From Owenia fusiformis (Eukaryota), in contig CAIIXF020000001.1 in assembly GCA_903813345.2 (NCBI GenBank), positions 18,476,001-18,540,000 on the forward strand: a stretch of 64,000 nucleotides of DNA, in the 5' to 3' direction. Both the position numbers and the translations under genes were made by a program. This document shows, piece after piece, positions 1-13,199 of the stretch. The notes under the pieces are model-generated. The model was not told the DNA's origin and searched no databases. It was given only the letters and a program-made list of their open reading frames with translations. Each line of letters starts with the position of its first letter. The first letter of the stretch is position 1.

Positions 1-1590
1 CATCTATGTCACCAGTCTCTCTAATACAATAAACATCATCAATGTCACTAGTTTCACTCATATAATAAACATCATCTATGTCACTCATCTCTCTCATACT
101 GTTACATCGTCAGTGTCACTAGTTTCTCTCATACAATAAAAATCATCAATGTCACCAGTCTCTCTCATACAATAAACATCATCAGTGTCACCAGTTTCTC
201 TCATACAATAAACATCGTCAATGTCACTAGTTTCTCTCATTCAATAAACATCATATATGTCACCAGTCTCTCTCATACAATAAACATCGTCAATGTCACT
301 AGTTTCTCTCATACAATAAACATCATCTATGTCACCAGTCTCTCTTTTATACAATAAATATCATCAATGTCACTAGTTTCTCTCATACAACAAACGTAAA
401 CATCATCAATGTCACCAGTCTCTCCCATACAATAAACATCATCGGTGTCACTACTTTCTCTCATAAAATAAACATCATCATTGTCGTTCGTCTCTCTCAT
501 ACAATAAACATCGTCAGTGTCACTAGTTCAATGATCTTTCAATCAAGAAAGTTTCGTAGCTCTATTCCAAATGATTTTATGTCCATTTTACAAAACATGG
601 TCAAAATGCCGATCTTGTCTTTACAGGCAAACTTGAACTCATCAGGTGGAGTTTTCTCAAAGATATCTTGTGTAATGGCTCTCATTTTCATTTTTCTCTC
701 GAATCTCTTGATTCAACTTTCTGATGCTTCTAAGGGTGTTAGTGTACACAAAATCTTTGAAATAGCCCCAACGATAAAATTCTGAAGGTTCGTATTGAGT
801 GATTTTGGTATGTTTTGGAATTTGGAGTATGTTTTGTAAAATGGCCATAAAATCACCCTTTACAATAAACACATCAATGTCACCAGTTCTTTTATTCCAT
901 AAATATTACCAGTGTCACTATAGTCCTTCTCTATACCATAAACAACATTAATATCACTTGCTCCTCTCATACAATACACATGATCAGTGTCATAAGTCCC
1001 TTTCACACCACAAACACCATCAATGTCACAAGTCTCTTTCATACAATAAACATCATCAATGTCAATAGTCCCTCTCGTACCATAAACATCATCATCATTC
1101 GAAGAGGGACCCGGCTAGGGTTTACCTCACAGATCATTTGACCCTCACGCTATGGATATCCTGCATGTTCCTTGTAGAACAGAACAGTAATCATTGCTTA
1201 GGAATAAACATTACCAACTGACGAAGCACCAAAGGCAGGCAGGTACCAACTGGGGCCACCGCTAGCACAGGTGGAGGTTTAATCAACTCTGCCGGGGGCA
1301 CCTTCCAAATAATGATCGGATATAGTCGGACCATGGGCAAAGTCCCATTGCGTAGCCCCCGAAATCTGAGGAAGGAGACTACTGATAATGTGTCTCGGCA
1401 GCCAGTATTGATGAGCACTTTGTGTTTTATTTATGAACATCAATATAAATGGTTATTTTCATTCCATAAACATCACCAATGTCATAGTTTCTCTCATTTC
1501 ATAAACATCATCAATGTCATGGTTTCTCTCATTTCATAAACATCATCAATGCCATGGTTTCTCTCATTTCATAAACATCATCGATATTTC
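1..1590. repeat. 36-bp minisatellite (CATACAATAAACATCATCAATGTCACTAGTTTCTCT), interrupted by two unrelated inserts (~531-860 and ~1098-1420)
   Basis: ATACAATAAA recurs at 131, 167, 203 and onward (period 36); the array resumes at ~861-1097 and, with shorter degenerate units, at ~1425-1590. Confidence 0.9.
531..860 (-). pseudogene. Degenerate C-terminal fragment of a Tc1/mariner-type transposase inserted in the minisatellite
   Basis: The minus-strand translation ...EPSEFYRWGYFKDFVYTNTLRSIRKLNQEIREK... resembles the SPDLNPxDFFLWGYLKDxVY...I-xx-L-K-xx-I motif of IS630/Tc1/mariner transposases; it is frameshifted and stopped. Recognised by eye only. Confidence 0.55.
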
Positions 1591-3189
1591 TAATTCGCAT
1601 ATTCGTATACCATAATCATCAGCAAAGTCAATGACTCCTATACATTACTAAGTTCTGACAAGAGAGGAGAGCTTTGACAGTCTCCCGAGGGAGACGCCTT
1701 CAAACAAAAGGTCGCTTTGATACAGGACATAAATATATCAATCATTTCAAGACGTAATACTATACCTGCATATCGTTTTTAATAACAAACCATGATTTCG
1801 TTTCAGAAAATCACCTTTACATCCGCAAGTACCACATAAAAATATTACTTTTTTGTAATTTTAGATTTCAAAGCGGAAAAATTGTTTATATCACGATATC
1901 TTTTTACCAATGTAATCTTTAGATTTGATTTATCAATTGCATTCACTACTGGCATATTAATTATGAGTTCACTTCTTAAAGGGTGATGAAAATATCTGAT
2001 GCAGGCGAACTTTAATCATAAGAGAATTGATGTGGTTTTGCATAATTAATAAAACCATTGTCCCAGGTTGGTTTAATGAATGGTTGTATATCACCCAGTC
2101 TTTCAAGCTATTCTACACATTATCCGCAGAAGGTTTGGCTCCAAACTTCCTCATCAAATATTGATAAAAACTCCTTGTTTATAAAACAATGCAATTTCGT
2201 TCAACTACATCATTACCAGGTATGATATGTCGTGTTGGTTTAAAAGTCCCTTTCTCAATAATACAATCCTGTGGATAAAATAAACTGGAGGATGTGGGGC
2301 TAGGGGCCTAGAGTGTGCACCCCCCCCCCCCCCCCCCCCAACGACAACACAAATAAACATGGATTCTTTATTTTTGGACCTTTTACACAAATTCTATTTG
2401 TCAAGAATGAATTTTACGTAAATATCTAGGCAGACAGATCAGAGTAACGCGAATTTTAGTTTGGGGATGTATCGTCATAAACATTTAGATGGTTGCGAAA
2501 GTTAATCTGACTACTCATCCCACTATCCCATTACTATAGAGCTCATTACCTCAACGTGACAAAAAAGTTCTTACGGCAATGGTGTGAACATTATCATACG
2601 ATATCATATGATTTCAAAATGATGACTCCCTAAACCTTTCTCAGTCACAATTAATCACCGAACCATGGATACCATGATAGAATTTGGCGATGCTGTCGTT
2701 AACCTACGGAAATAAATCAGGCACATCCTTTGGCAACACTTTATCATTGATATTACCCCCCTGTGTCTACTTATCAAACTGTTATGATGCTCAATAATTT
2801 TATGATTGTTTGTCATCGCTTTTATTCATAAATCATCAGAAAAAGCTTTGTAGTAGACCTTTGAAGCATATATTTGGCTATCGTTATTGATTCATTTGGA
2901 TAAGATACTGTCAGAAGCACCAGACAATACGTCGTTACTCCTGAAGAACTTTGTTTGCTTTAAAGCATTGTTTTTATCATTCTCAATTCATATTTATGGT
3001 TGGATTCCTACGCGAATAGATAGTAAATTGGAATAATTGAAATGGACCTATATTAGTACAACATTTGTTGCAAGTTCTTGTGACCACCTACAACCCACCC
3101 CTACCCCCCCCCCCCCCAAGAAGCAGAAAATGGAGTCCAAGTCCAAGACAAAATATATATACAGTATGTCATATAGTTTCCTGAATAAG

Positions 3190-4400
3190 ATATGCTTACA
3201 CTCAAGTCTATCGAAGGAGATCTAATTATACCCGATAGTCTCCTGAGGGAGATCTCTTTATAAACTAAATGGTCTCCTTGGGGAGCTCTCTCTGACTATA
3301 TATTAAATGGCCCCCTGAGGGAGATCTCTCTATATACTGAATGGTCTCCTGGGGTAGATCTTTCTATTTACTACATTAAGTGGTCTCCTGAGAGAGTAAC
3401 ACCCAAAGGTTTCCTGATATAAGAAAGATAATTATATACTCAATTGTGTCCTGGGGGATATATATACAGGGTGTCAAATAAGTCCCCCCTCTACAGCCAA
3501 AACCAAGATATATGGTACCAAGTGTGATATATCATTGGAAAGGTCGTCCAAAGTTACATTGATTGGCATAAATCTGATACATGTCAATCCATGTCACAAA
3601 TTTTTACATCGTATCAATTGAGGTGACCATAGGCCTAGAAACATGGCAATTTGGCGTATTTGGCAGGATTTTAAGAATCGAGTATCTGAAAAGTCAAAGG
3701 ACCTAAAATGACAACCTATGTATATGGCAATGAATTAAACCAATTTCTGGATAGGGTAAGATAAGTAGAAAATAAAGGTGCAAGGAAAGTGGTGAAAACC
3801 TTTTTGTGCAAAGTGGAATGCGAAAAAGTTACCTTTTTGACATATTTCTGAGTTCATATCCTTCCCATTTTGACGCAATAAAAGCTGCTAAGGAGGGTAC
3901 ACTAACTATAAAGGACATCATGAAAATATAGGTGAATTTCATCTAAAATACTTGAGAGTTGGTATGTTAACATAACTTTGGATGATCTTTCCAATGATAT
4001 ATCACACTAGGTACCATCTATTAAGATTTTAGCTGTAGCAGGGGGGACGGGACTTATTTGACACCCTGTATATATACTAAGTGGTTTTTTGATGGAAATC
4101 TATACTTCATAGCTTCTTGGTCATATATACTATATGGTCTCCTGATGGAGATCTATTCTATATATACTTCATCGCCTAAGGAGATAAATATACACTAAAT
4201 GGTCTCTAAGGGAAGTTGTACAATATTCCATGGCCTCTTGGGGGAGATTTATATATACTTCGGTTAACACTTCATCGCCTCTTGCAGGAGATACTTACAT
4301 ACTAAATAGTCTCCTAAGGGAGTTATTATATATTTACCTCGTAGACTCATGAGGGAGATCTATAAATACAAATTGGACACCTGGTGGAGACCTATACTTT
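3190..4400. repeat. Degenerate ~35-40-bp tandem repeat (ATACTAAATGGTCTCCTGAGGGAGATCT-like), split by a MITE
   Basis: The motif ggtctcctg...gagatct recurs on both sides of the 3467-4068 element. Confidence 0.7.
3467..4068. mobile_element. Tc1/mariner-type MITE with ~90-bp imperfect TIRs and TA target site
   Basis: TA|CAGGGTGTCAAATAAGTCCC...GGGACTTATTTGACACCCTG|TA; the inverted match extends inward (GTGTGATATATCATTGGAAAG / CTTTCCAATGATATATCACAC). Confidence 0.9.
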
Positions 4401-5159
4401 GGATGGGGGCGTGATAGGCTTTTGATTTGTCATTTGTTTCAAGCTGTAGCAGATATCTGGCTGTTCGTATTATAATCTCATAAAGTCAATAAAAAATGAA
4501 ACGATAGACGGATCAGATGTCTGCTTCACTGCCCCCCCCCCCCCATGATACTGAAATAATAGATAGATCACGTGGAGGCATCTGATCTGTCTATTGTAAG
4601 GGGGGGGCATATTTGAAGTATGAAAAAGAATATTCCGCCCAAGCGTGTAAAATATTTTTGAGTCCCTAAAACCCGTGGGCCCAAATTTTGAAAAGTTAAG
4701 GCCCATTTTCTTAATAATTTGGCCTAAAATTAAACAGTAAGGCCATTTATGCCAAAGAAGGCCCATTAATCGCCCCCCCCCAAAAAAAAATGTTTGAGCC
4801 CAATTTTTGGGGGGTTCCCCCCCCCCCACCAGATCCCTCAGTGGTTTGAGGGAAGTGTCACAGATATGTGGCTGTTCGTATTATTTAAAAACAATACGAG
4901 GAGAGTGTGGTAGATATCTAATCTGTCTATTCTTTCAAACTTTTGGGAGGAGTGTAATTAAGATATATCAGGCATCAGTAAGTTTCAAACTAACTGAGGG
5001 TAGTATAAGTTCAATTTCTTTCAAATTTATTGAGGAGAGTGCAGCAGGCATCTGAACATTTATTGTTTTTATCTATTATTGAACACAATGGAGGGAGTGA
5101 AATTCGCTAAAATATGAGCTGTACTCATATACGTATTATTTTATTCTATCTAGTGTATC

Positions 5160-8100
5160 CAAGCTTATTGATGGGGGTGTAATTGATTTATGAACAATCC
5201 ACACACTTTCAATATATCGAGGTATTAGTGTATTGGGCATCTTGACATTCTTTCAAACTTATTGATGGGGGTGTAATTGATATATGAAAAATTCATACTA
5301 TTTCAATGCATTAAGGAATGTGTAATAGGCATCTTTACATTCTTTCAAACGTATTGATGGGGTGTTATTGAAATATGAAAATTCATACTATTTCAATGCA
5401 TTAAGGAATGTGTAATAGGCATCTTTACATTCTTTCAAACTTATTGATGGGGTGCAATCGATGTATGAAAAATTCAAATTATTTCTTTGCATCGAGGTAA
5501 GTGTATTAGGCATCTTTACATTCTTTCAAATCTATTGATGGGGTGTAATTGATATATGAAAAATTCATACAATTTCAATGCATTAAAGGAAGTGTATTAG
5601 GCATCTTTACACTGTTTCAAATCTATTGATGGGGTGTAATTGAAATATGAAAAATACATACAATTTCAATGAATTAAGGGAAGTGTATTAGGTATTTTTA
5701 CATTCTTTCAAACTTATTGATGGGGGTGTATTTGATATATGAAAAATTCATACCATTTCAGTGTATTAAGGGAAGTGTATTAGGCATCTTTACATTCTTT
5801 CAAACGTATTGATGGGGGTGTATTTGATATATGAAAAATTCATACCATTTCAATGTATAAAGGGAAGTGTATAAGGCACTTTATCTGTAAATTCTTTCAA
5901 ACATATTGATGGAGGTGCAATTGATATATGAACTATTCAATTATTTCAATGTATTAAAGGAATTGTATTAGGCATCTAATCTGTCTATTATCACAAACAT
6001 ATATATTAAAGGGGTGTAATTGATATTTCAACTATTCATATTATTTCAATGTATTAAGGCCTTTATCGAGGTAAGTGTAGCAGACATCTAATCTGTCTAT
6101 TCTCTCAAGCTTATTGAGGGGGTTTGATTGATATCTGAACTATACATATTATTTCATTGTAGGGAGGTGTATAATGCATCTTTAATATCTGTAAATTGTT
6201 TCATACTTGTCTAGGGGAGTGTAATAGATAAAATGAACAATTCACATTGTTTATACAATTATCATATTCTTTCAATGTATAACAGTGACGTGTATTAGGC
6301 ATCTGCCCTGAATATTCTTTCAAATTTATTGAGGGGAGTGTAACAGGCATATTATCCGTCCATTCTCTTTATTTATTAGCGCTCATGCATCTGATCTGGC
6401 ATCAAACTTATCATGGGGAGTGTATCAAGCATCTCATGAATCTGTTTATTCTTTCAAAATCATTTAGGGGAGTGTAGCAAATATCTAATCCGCCCGTTGT
6501 TTCAAACTTATCATTGGGAGTATCGGATATCAAGCATCTTATGAATCCTTTTATTCTTTCAAAACTATTCAGGGGAGTGCAGCAAATATCTAATCCGCCC
6601 GTTGTTTCAAACTTATTATTGGGAGTGTATCAAGCATCTTATGAATCTGTTTATTCTTTCAAAACTATTTAGGGTAGTGTAGCAAATATCTAATCCGCCC
6701 ATTGTTTCAAACTTATTATTGGGAGTGTATCAAGCATCTTATGAATCTGTTTATTCTTTCAAAACTATTTAGGGTAGTGTAGCAAATATCTAACCCGCCC
6801 ATTGTTTCAAACTTATCATTGGGAGTATCGGATATCAAGCATCTTATGAATCCTTTTATTCTTTCAAAACTATTTAGGGGGGTGTAGCAAATATCTTATC
6901 CGCCCGTTGTTTCAAACTTATCATTGGGAGTGTATCAAGCATCTTATAAATATGTTTATTCTTTCACATTTATTTAGGGGAGTATAGCAAATATCTAATC
7001 CGCCCATTGTTTCAAACTTATTCAGGGGAGTGTAGCAAATATCTTATCCGACCATTGTTTCAAACATATTATCGGGAGTGTATCAATCATCTTATGAATC
7101 TGTTCATTCTTTTAATTTATTTAGGGGCCGAGTGTAGGAAATATCTAATCTTATCATTTTAATTTGGGAGTATCGGATATCAACCATCTTATGAATCTTT
7201 TTATTCTTTCATATTTATTTAGGGGAGTGTAGCAAATATCTTATGTTCCAACACTTCAGCAATGAATTATTTTACTGTTATATGACCTTTATCTTTTATA
7301 AAAAAAAAACACAATATACGCTCCGCGCCACATTGTTAAAATATGTATGTACAGGGTGTTCCATATGTAAAATAATAATGGAATAAATTGTATGGAACAA
7401 TAAACTTAAATTGTATGGAACAATAAACTTAAACTTAATCCGCCCATTTTTTCAAACTCGTCATTTGGGAGTATCGGATATCAAGCATCTTATGAATTTG
7501 TTCATTCTTTTATATTTATTTAGGGGAGTGTAGCAAATATCTAATCCGCCCATTATTTCAAACATATTATCGGGAGTGTATCAATCATATTATCTGTTTA
7601 TTCTTTCATATTTATTTAGCGTAGTGTAGCAGATGTCTGATCTGTCTTATTGCTTTAAACTTATTATTGGAAGTGTATCAAGCATTTCATTCCTCTATTC
7701 TTTCAAATTTATCTAGCGTAGTGTAGCACATGTCTGATCTCCCCATTATTTCAAACTTATTATCAGGAGTGTATGAAGCATATTATCTGTTTATTCTTTC
7801 AAATTTATTTAAGGGAGTGTAGCAGGTGTCTAATCTGCCCATTGTTTCAAACTTATTATTGGAAGTGTACCAGGCATCTTATCTATTTATTGTTTCAAAT
7901 TTATTTTGGGCAGTGAAGCAGATGTCTGTACTGCATATTCTTTCAGATTTATTTAGGAGAGCGTAGCAGATGTCTGATCTAACTTATCATTGGGAGATTA
8001 TAGGCCATCTTATCTCTCTATTCTTTCAAATTTATTTAGGGGAGTGTGGCAGATGTCTGATCAGTCCCTTGTTTCAAACATATTATCGGGAGTGTATCAA

Positions 8101-8460
8101 GCATCTTATCCCTCTTTTCTTTCAAATTTATTTTGGGGAGTGTAGCACATGTCTGATTTGTCCATTGTTTCAAACATTTTATCGGGAGTGTATCAAGTAT
8201 CTTATCCCTCTATTCTTTCAAATTTATTTAGAGGAGTGTGGCAGATGTCTGATCTGCAAACATATTATCGGGAGTGTATCAGGCATCTTATCTGTTTATT
8301 CTTTCAAATTTATTTAGGGGAGTGTAGTAGATATCATATTGCTTCAAACTTATTATTGGGAGTGTATCAAGCATCTTTTTTGTCTATTCTTTCTTTATTA
8401 AGGGGGTGTAGTAGATATCTGATCTGTCCATTGCTTTCAACTTGTTAAGGGGGTGTAATA
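5160..8460. repeat. ~3.3-kb satellite of ~90-bp units made of two related ~44-bp subunits; two sub-families (~5.2-6.1 kb and ~6.4-8.4 kb)
   Basis: Recurring TTCTTTCAAACTTATTGATGGGGTGTAATTGA and GGAGTGTAGCAAATATCTAATCCGCCC...GGAGTGTATCAAGCATCTT units. Confidence 0.9.
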
Positions 8461-11214
8461 GATATCTGACTGTAACCTCGCCCGTTCAATTCTTTAATTC
8501 AACGATTTGGGGTAGTAAACGGGATTAAAAGATTTTTAGAATTTATATTTTTACGAACAATTGCTTGAGAGAACGAGAGACCATTCCGCTGCTTGTTTTA
8601 TTCAATTATGGGGAGTAAGATTCCCACTGACATCTTTACATGATTTACATTCATTCAAAATCACATATTTTTATTTGAAAGATGGTGCTATTTCTGAATA
8701 TCCGAAACGTATTCATAAGAAACAATGAAAAGATCATTAGATGTCACCCTATGATGATCCATGTTGATTCTCTGAAATGATAGACCTCTGATCTTTGCCG
8801 CGTGTCATAAAACCAGCCGCTTTTCTCGAATAAAGTGGTTTACATATGCTAATGGTTGTTTAATGACCTCTCCTGATTTTAACCTCAAGCACATAACTCA
8901 TGTGTGACAATTTAAAAATAAATCGTAAAATTGTGTTTCCATGGTAACCAGTCACTGGAATAATAAAACTGCTGCGATTAATGTAATAAAAAGAGCATAA
9001 ATTATGTATGCATTGAAAAAAAGAGTCGCATATTTAAGTGGAAGCGTACAAAAGGAAACAAAAAAGCGCACGTGTGCGCATTAATTTGAATCCCTAAGAC
9101 TTGATCACGTGAAATTGTGATCGATTCCAAGGAGGAGTAGGAGGAGGGGGTTAGTAAGCCTCTCAGTAAAGGGTATGGCTTCCAATAAATAAGGTAAAAT
9201 GGCCAGAGGCCGGTACACACAGAGTGGGAGGGTTGGGTATTCTTTCCAGGGCAACTTTAACTATCTATTCCGATGCCAGTACTTTATGCTCTCTCAACAC
9301 AACCCTGTAGTCACTCACTGCGTTAGAAAATCATTGTTTTCTTGCTAGAACCATATTGGTATTATTGCCTCTAGATGTCCCGGGAGGAAGAATACAATAA
9401 TACTCCTGAACGAAACAACTGTATTACTATAGATGGCATTCAAGCGGGATCACAGCGTCCTATTGGTAGAATAAATTTAGCATAATAAATTATTATAATT
9501 TATTATGTGCCAGTCGGTATTGATCTGACCTAGTTGTTTGTGAAGTATGCGGTTGGCAATGCTTTTAATGCGCCTGCCTTGATTTTTTATTGAGTTCCAC
9601 ATTGACCCCTTTTGAATCAAGGTAAACCTCGTATCCCCCGGTGGAGTACGGTGGTTGCAGAAACGGTGTACTCGGGACAATAGTCTATACATGCTGTGGG
9701 AACAGTGTGGCAGCACCAGTACTAAAAAAGGCGGGGTCAAAGTTAGATATTATAATGAGACACGTGACCAATTTAGCAGTAATTTTGAGTGGCGTAGTCA
9801 CGTGATCTTCCTTTTTATCAATCATTGAATTGACTTTGCTGGTGGCCTCATGAATAAATCATACATTTAGAACACATTAACGATGAAGTTATAACCAAAG
9901 CAACAGTTATAACTATTCAAACTAATTTGAGACATGACACAGTCGTAATGGGAGTCAATAAGCCTGACACATACATGTATCCCACTTTGAATATGAAATT
10001 GCACACCCGGATGTATGTCAGTAGGTCGAATAAATTATCATGTGCCAGCCCATGATCAGCCATTGGAATAACTTGACCTTATGAATATGAAGGCTATTCA
10101 CGGCTGGAATTACCAGTCTACAGTTTATCTAATCAAATCCATCTACTAGTATGCTCTTTAGATTTTACCCTTGAAAAGGTAAGTGCACGTTTATTTTTCG
10201 GTTTTGCTGTTTGAAACGTTGAGGATATAGGTCAATCAGAGACATATAAAACAATTACTTGACCACTTTTAATTGGTCCATTTCACTGAAAGGGGCGTGA
10301 CATATAGATAATTATTGATTTGGTCAAAGGGCTTGACCATGATTCTGTTTATAATCTATTTTGAGCCACGGGGCGGAGTCTAAACGATTCAGTACCCAGT
10401 ACTCCTAGCGGGAAACTATGTAATTATATTTATACATTATTCTCGGGTTCTTAACCATGTTATGCATAGGCACAGATAGCAGAATTTTTCTTAGGAAATA
10501 CATCCTAAATAAATACATGTATTTCTTTAGGACTGTATTTTCTTTCTAAGGAATTTAACATAATCAGGACGACGGCTCTCGTTTGACTTTTAACACTGAA
10601 ACTTGTAAGCTGTAGAGAATTACACCAACGGTTCGGGGTGAGATCTGCCCCCCCCCCCACACACACACACTATGACCTCGGCCAGGAAACAAGGGGATGT
10701 CAGCCAGGATGAAGCAGACGAGGCTTTTTATCATCCTTTGAGAAATATTCTTCTAGTCACGTAATGCGGGTAGCAATGACAGTTGTACTAATTCGAATTG
10801 TATACCTTTTGTTGATTTTTAATCTTAGATCATCAATTGTGAACAATCTTATTATGTAAGGGTTATCATCGTGCTTTATTGCCAGGCAGGCGAGGTAAGG
10901 TTTGGAAATAATTTTCGCCTCGTGCGGCTTTTTTCGTCCTGGCTACATGGGCTACGTCACTGAAAGGTCTACGAGTACATGGAACGCTCACACTATCGTC
11001 ATGGCTCATTCTGAGGTGAACAAGAATGTCAACATTTGGACATCTGTTTGCATTACTAAAATCATGGGCTTTCAATTAGTTGAAAGCCCATGCTAAAATG
11101 TAATCATTTATTTGATTCCAAGTGCAGATCACAAAGAAAGCTAATTAACGATATTTTACCACTTCTTGGTGGTGGCAAAATAGAAGAGGAAACAACTTGA
11201 TGCAGAGACATATA

Positions 11215-11454
11215 CAGGGTGGTCCAAAAAATGGGACACTCGTACTGTTCTTGGTTTTTGCTACTTTTGGAAAACCAGTTTTGAAACGAAAATGACGTCA
11301 TTTAGTTTATGGACGCTGGTTAACAGACATTAAAATAAATTTAACTTATGATATACCAAATTAAAGATGAGTAAATTCCCTATCCACTGGTATATAATAT
11401 AATAAATAATATCTATTTTCGAAATACGAGTGTCCCATTTTTTGGACCACCCTG
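11215..11454. mobile_element. 240-bp Tc1/mariner-type MITE
   Basis: TA|CAGGGTGGTCCAAAAAATGGGACACTCGTA...TACGAGTGTCCCATTTTTTGGACCACCCTG|TA: perfect ~30-bp TIR with TA target duplication. Confidence 0.92.
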
Positions 11455-12120
11455 TATATTATATTATAGACATTTTATATGTCTCTGCTTGATGCAAACC
11501 CGTAGACCAAGGGAAAATTAGTCCTATCGAAATGATATTCTGTTACTATTACTTTTCCTCAGCCTGTGCAAGACTATTAATCAACCAACAATGCTCATAT
11601 CATGATCTGCACCCGGATCTGCATTATGCTCGTGCTTATATCTGATGGATGTTTTCATAAAAAATATTTACACTCAAATATAGATGGCAAAAACTTCGAT
11701 TTCGATTCATTACCACAAACCGCTATAGATGTTTTAATCGACAGAGCAAGCCACAACAACGAGTTTAGGTTGAGGGTTTAAACTCCTTTATTGAGTTTGT
11801 CAAAACATACAGGTTGTATAATATGCATTGGGAATATATACCACTTACTACTTGGATTCTTTCTCAACTAATTAATACATAATCATACAAAATATATTTG
11901 TATATGAAAAGGTTTCATATCCGGACAAAATAGATTTAGAAAAGCCCCCGGGAAATGCCATAGACCTAATACCCCAGAAATACACAAATATATAAGTTAT
12001 TTATTTAACATCATAGCAAGCATCTTGTACACACACATATTTGGCATGACCTAAGTGTGGCCTGTTTCAAGGCATAATAAGCAGTGGTAATTAATCGTAT
12101 ATTCCTAGCTGAATGACATT

Positions 12121-12472
12121 ATCACGGGTGTCCAACTATACACGAAAGCAACCGCGTTAATTTGAATTTAAGACCTACCAGAAGTTTGAAAATCAAGGAC
12201 TGTGAGTCTCATTCTGCACCGTTTTTCTTCAAACTTGTTCCATTCAAAGAAAAATAAAAATGCCTTTCTGTCGGAGCATTGCTCACAGAGGTGGACCCAA
12301 ACGCCGTTAATAGGATGTATAACAGTATAATGTACCAACAGAAATTTTTGTTTTGCTTTTAATGGAACAAGTGTGAAGAAAAAAAGGTGCAGTATGAGAC
12401 TCACAATCCTTGATTTTCAAACACATGGTAGGTCTTAAATTCAAATTTACTGTGGTAGTTGACACCGCGTGA
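12121..12472. mobile_element. Palindromic (foldback) non-autonomous element, same family as 52825-53462
   Basis: Left arm TTTGAATTTAAGACCTACC...GTGAGTCTCATTCTGCACC...CTTGTTCCATT pairs with right arm AATGGAACAAG...GGTGCAGTATGAGACTCAC...GGTAGGTCTTAAATTCAAA. Confidence 0.8.
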
Positions 12473-13199
12473 TTATAAGCTGTTAGCCCTATTTGCTGGA
12501 AAATACAACTTCAGTAACTTATTTGATTCAATAATCAGTGTTCTCATTTTTAATACATAATATAGACTAGTACTGTCTGCTAAAACACAGTAATAGGCTG
12601 ATGATAATAGCTGCCAAATATTTATTTATTCAATTTCTTGCATTGATTATATTTAATGCAGTAGTAAGTCTACATACACTGTACATGTATATCAAAATCA
12701 GTAAAGAGTTTTTAAATCATTTGACCCTTAATATTATGGCCATTGTGAGATTCCAATAAAAATACATGGAGGCAACAGAAATTATAGGATAACTACATAT
12801 GTATTTTAGAAATACTGCACTATTAACTTTCAAAATTTGGCATTTCATGTTAGATCCAGCATTGTTTGACAAAAATCGTCCATTGATACATTCCTCATAC
12901 AGCTAGTACTCTCTGCTCGAAATGTTTGGCAATCAGTTTGCAATTGTAAATCCTCTTTGGACCACCATTTGTTTGTTACCGGTAATTAAAAGTCATCAAG
13001 TCATACATTTTGACCCCCTATAATAACTGAAAAACTTCAATTTAAAATTAAATATTCTTTGATACCTATCCGGCACTGGCAGACTTAGGACTGGAGTGTA
13101 TGTACAGGAATAGGATGTGTCAAAATCATTATAATAGAGGAATGAACCAAAGATAATACAGGGTGTCAAAAAATACGAACATATCCTTGTTCTCATTTC

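Noticed and set aside
1-1090. 36-bp repeat as a coding 12-aa repeat protein (DIDDVYCMRETS, minus strand)
   Set aside because: One frame is stop-free in the consensus, but non-triplet indels (for example near 345) and two insertions break it, and no splice context is evident.
9301-11510. miR-10-like (ACCCTGTAG at ~9302) and miR-100-like (AACCCGTAGA at ~11498) seeds
   Set aside because: The matches stop after 9-10 nt and no precursor hairpin is visible; this is expected by chance.
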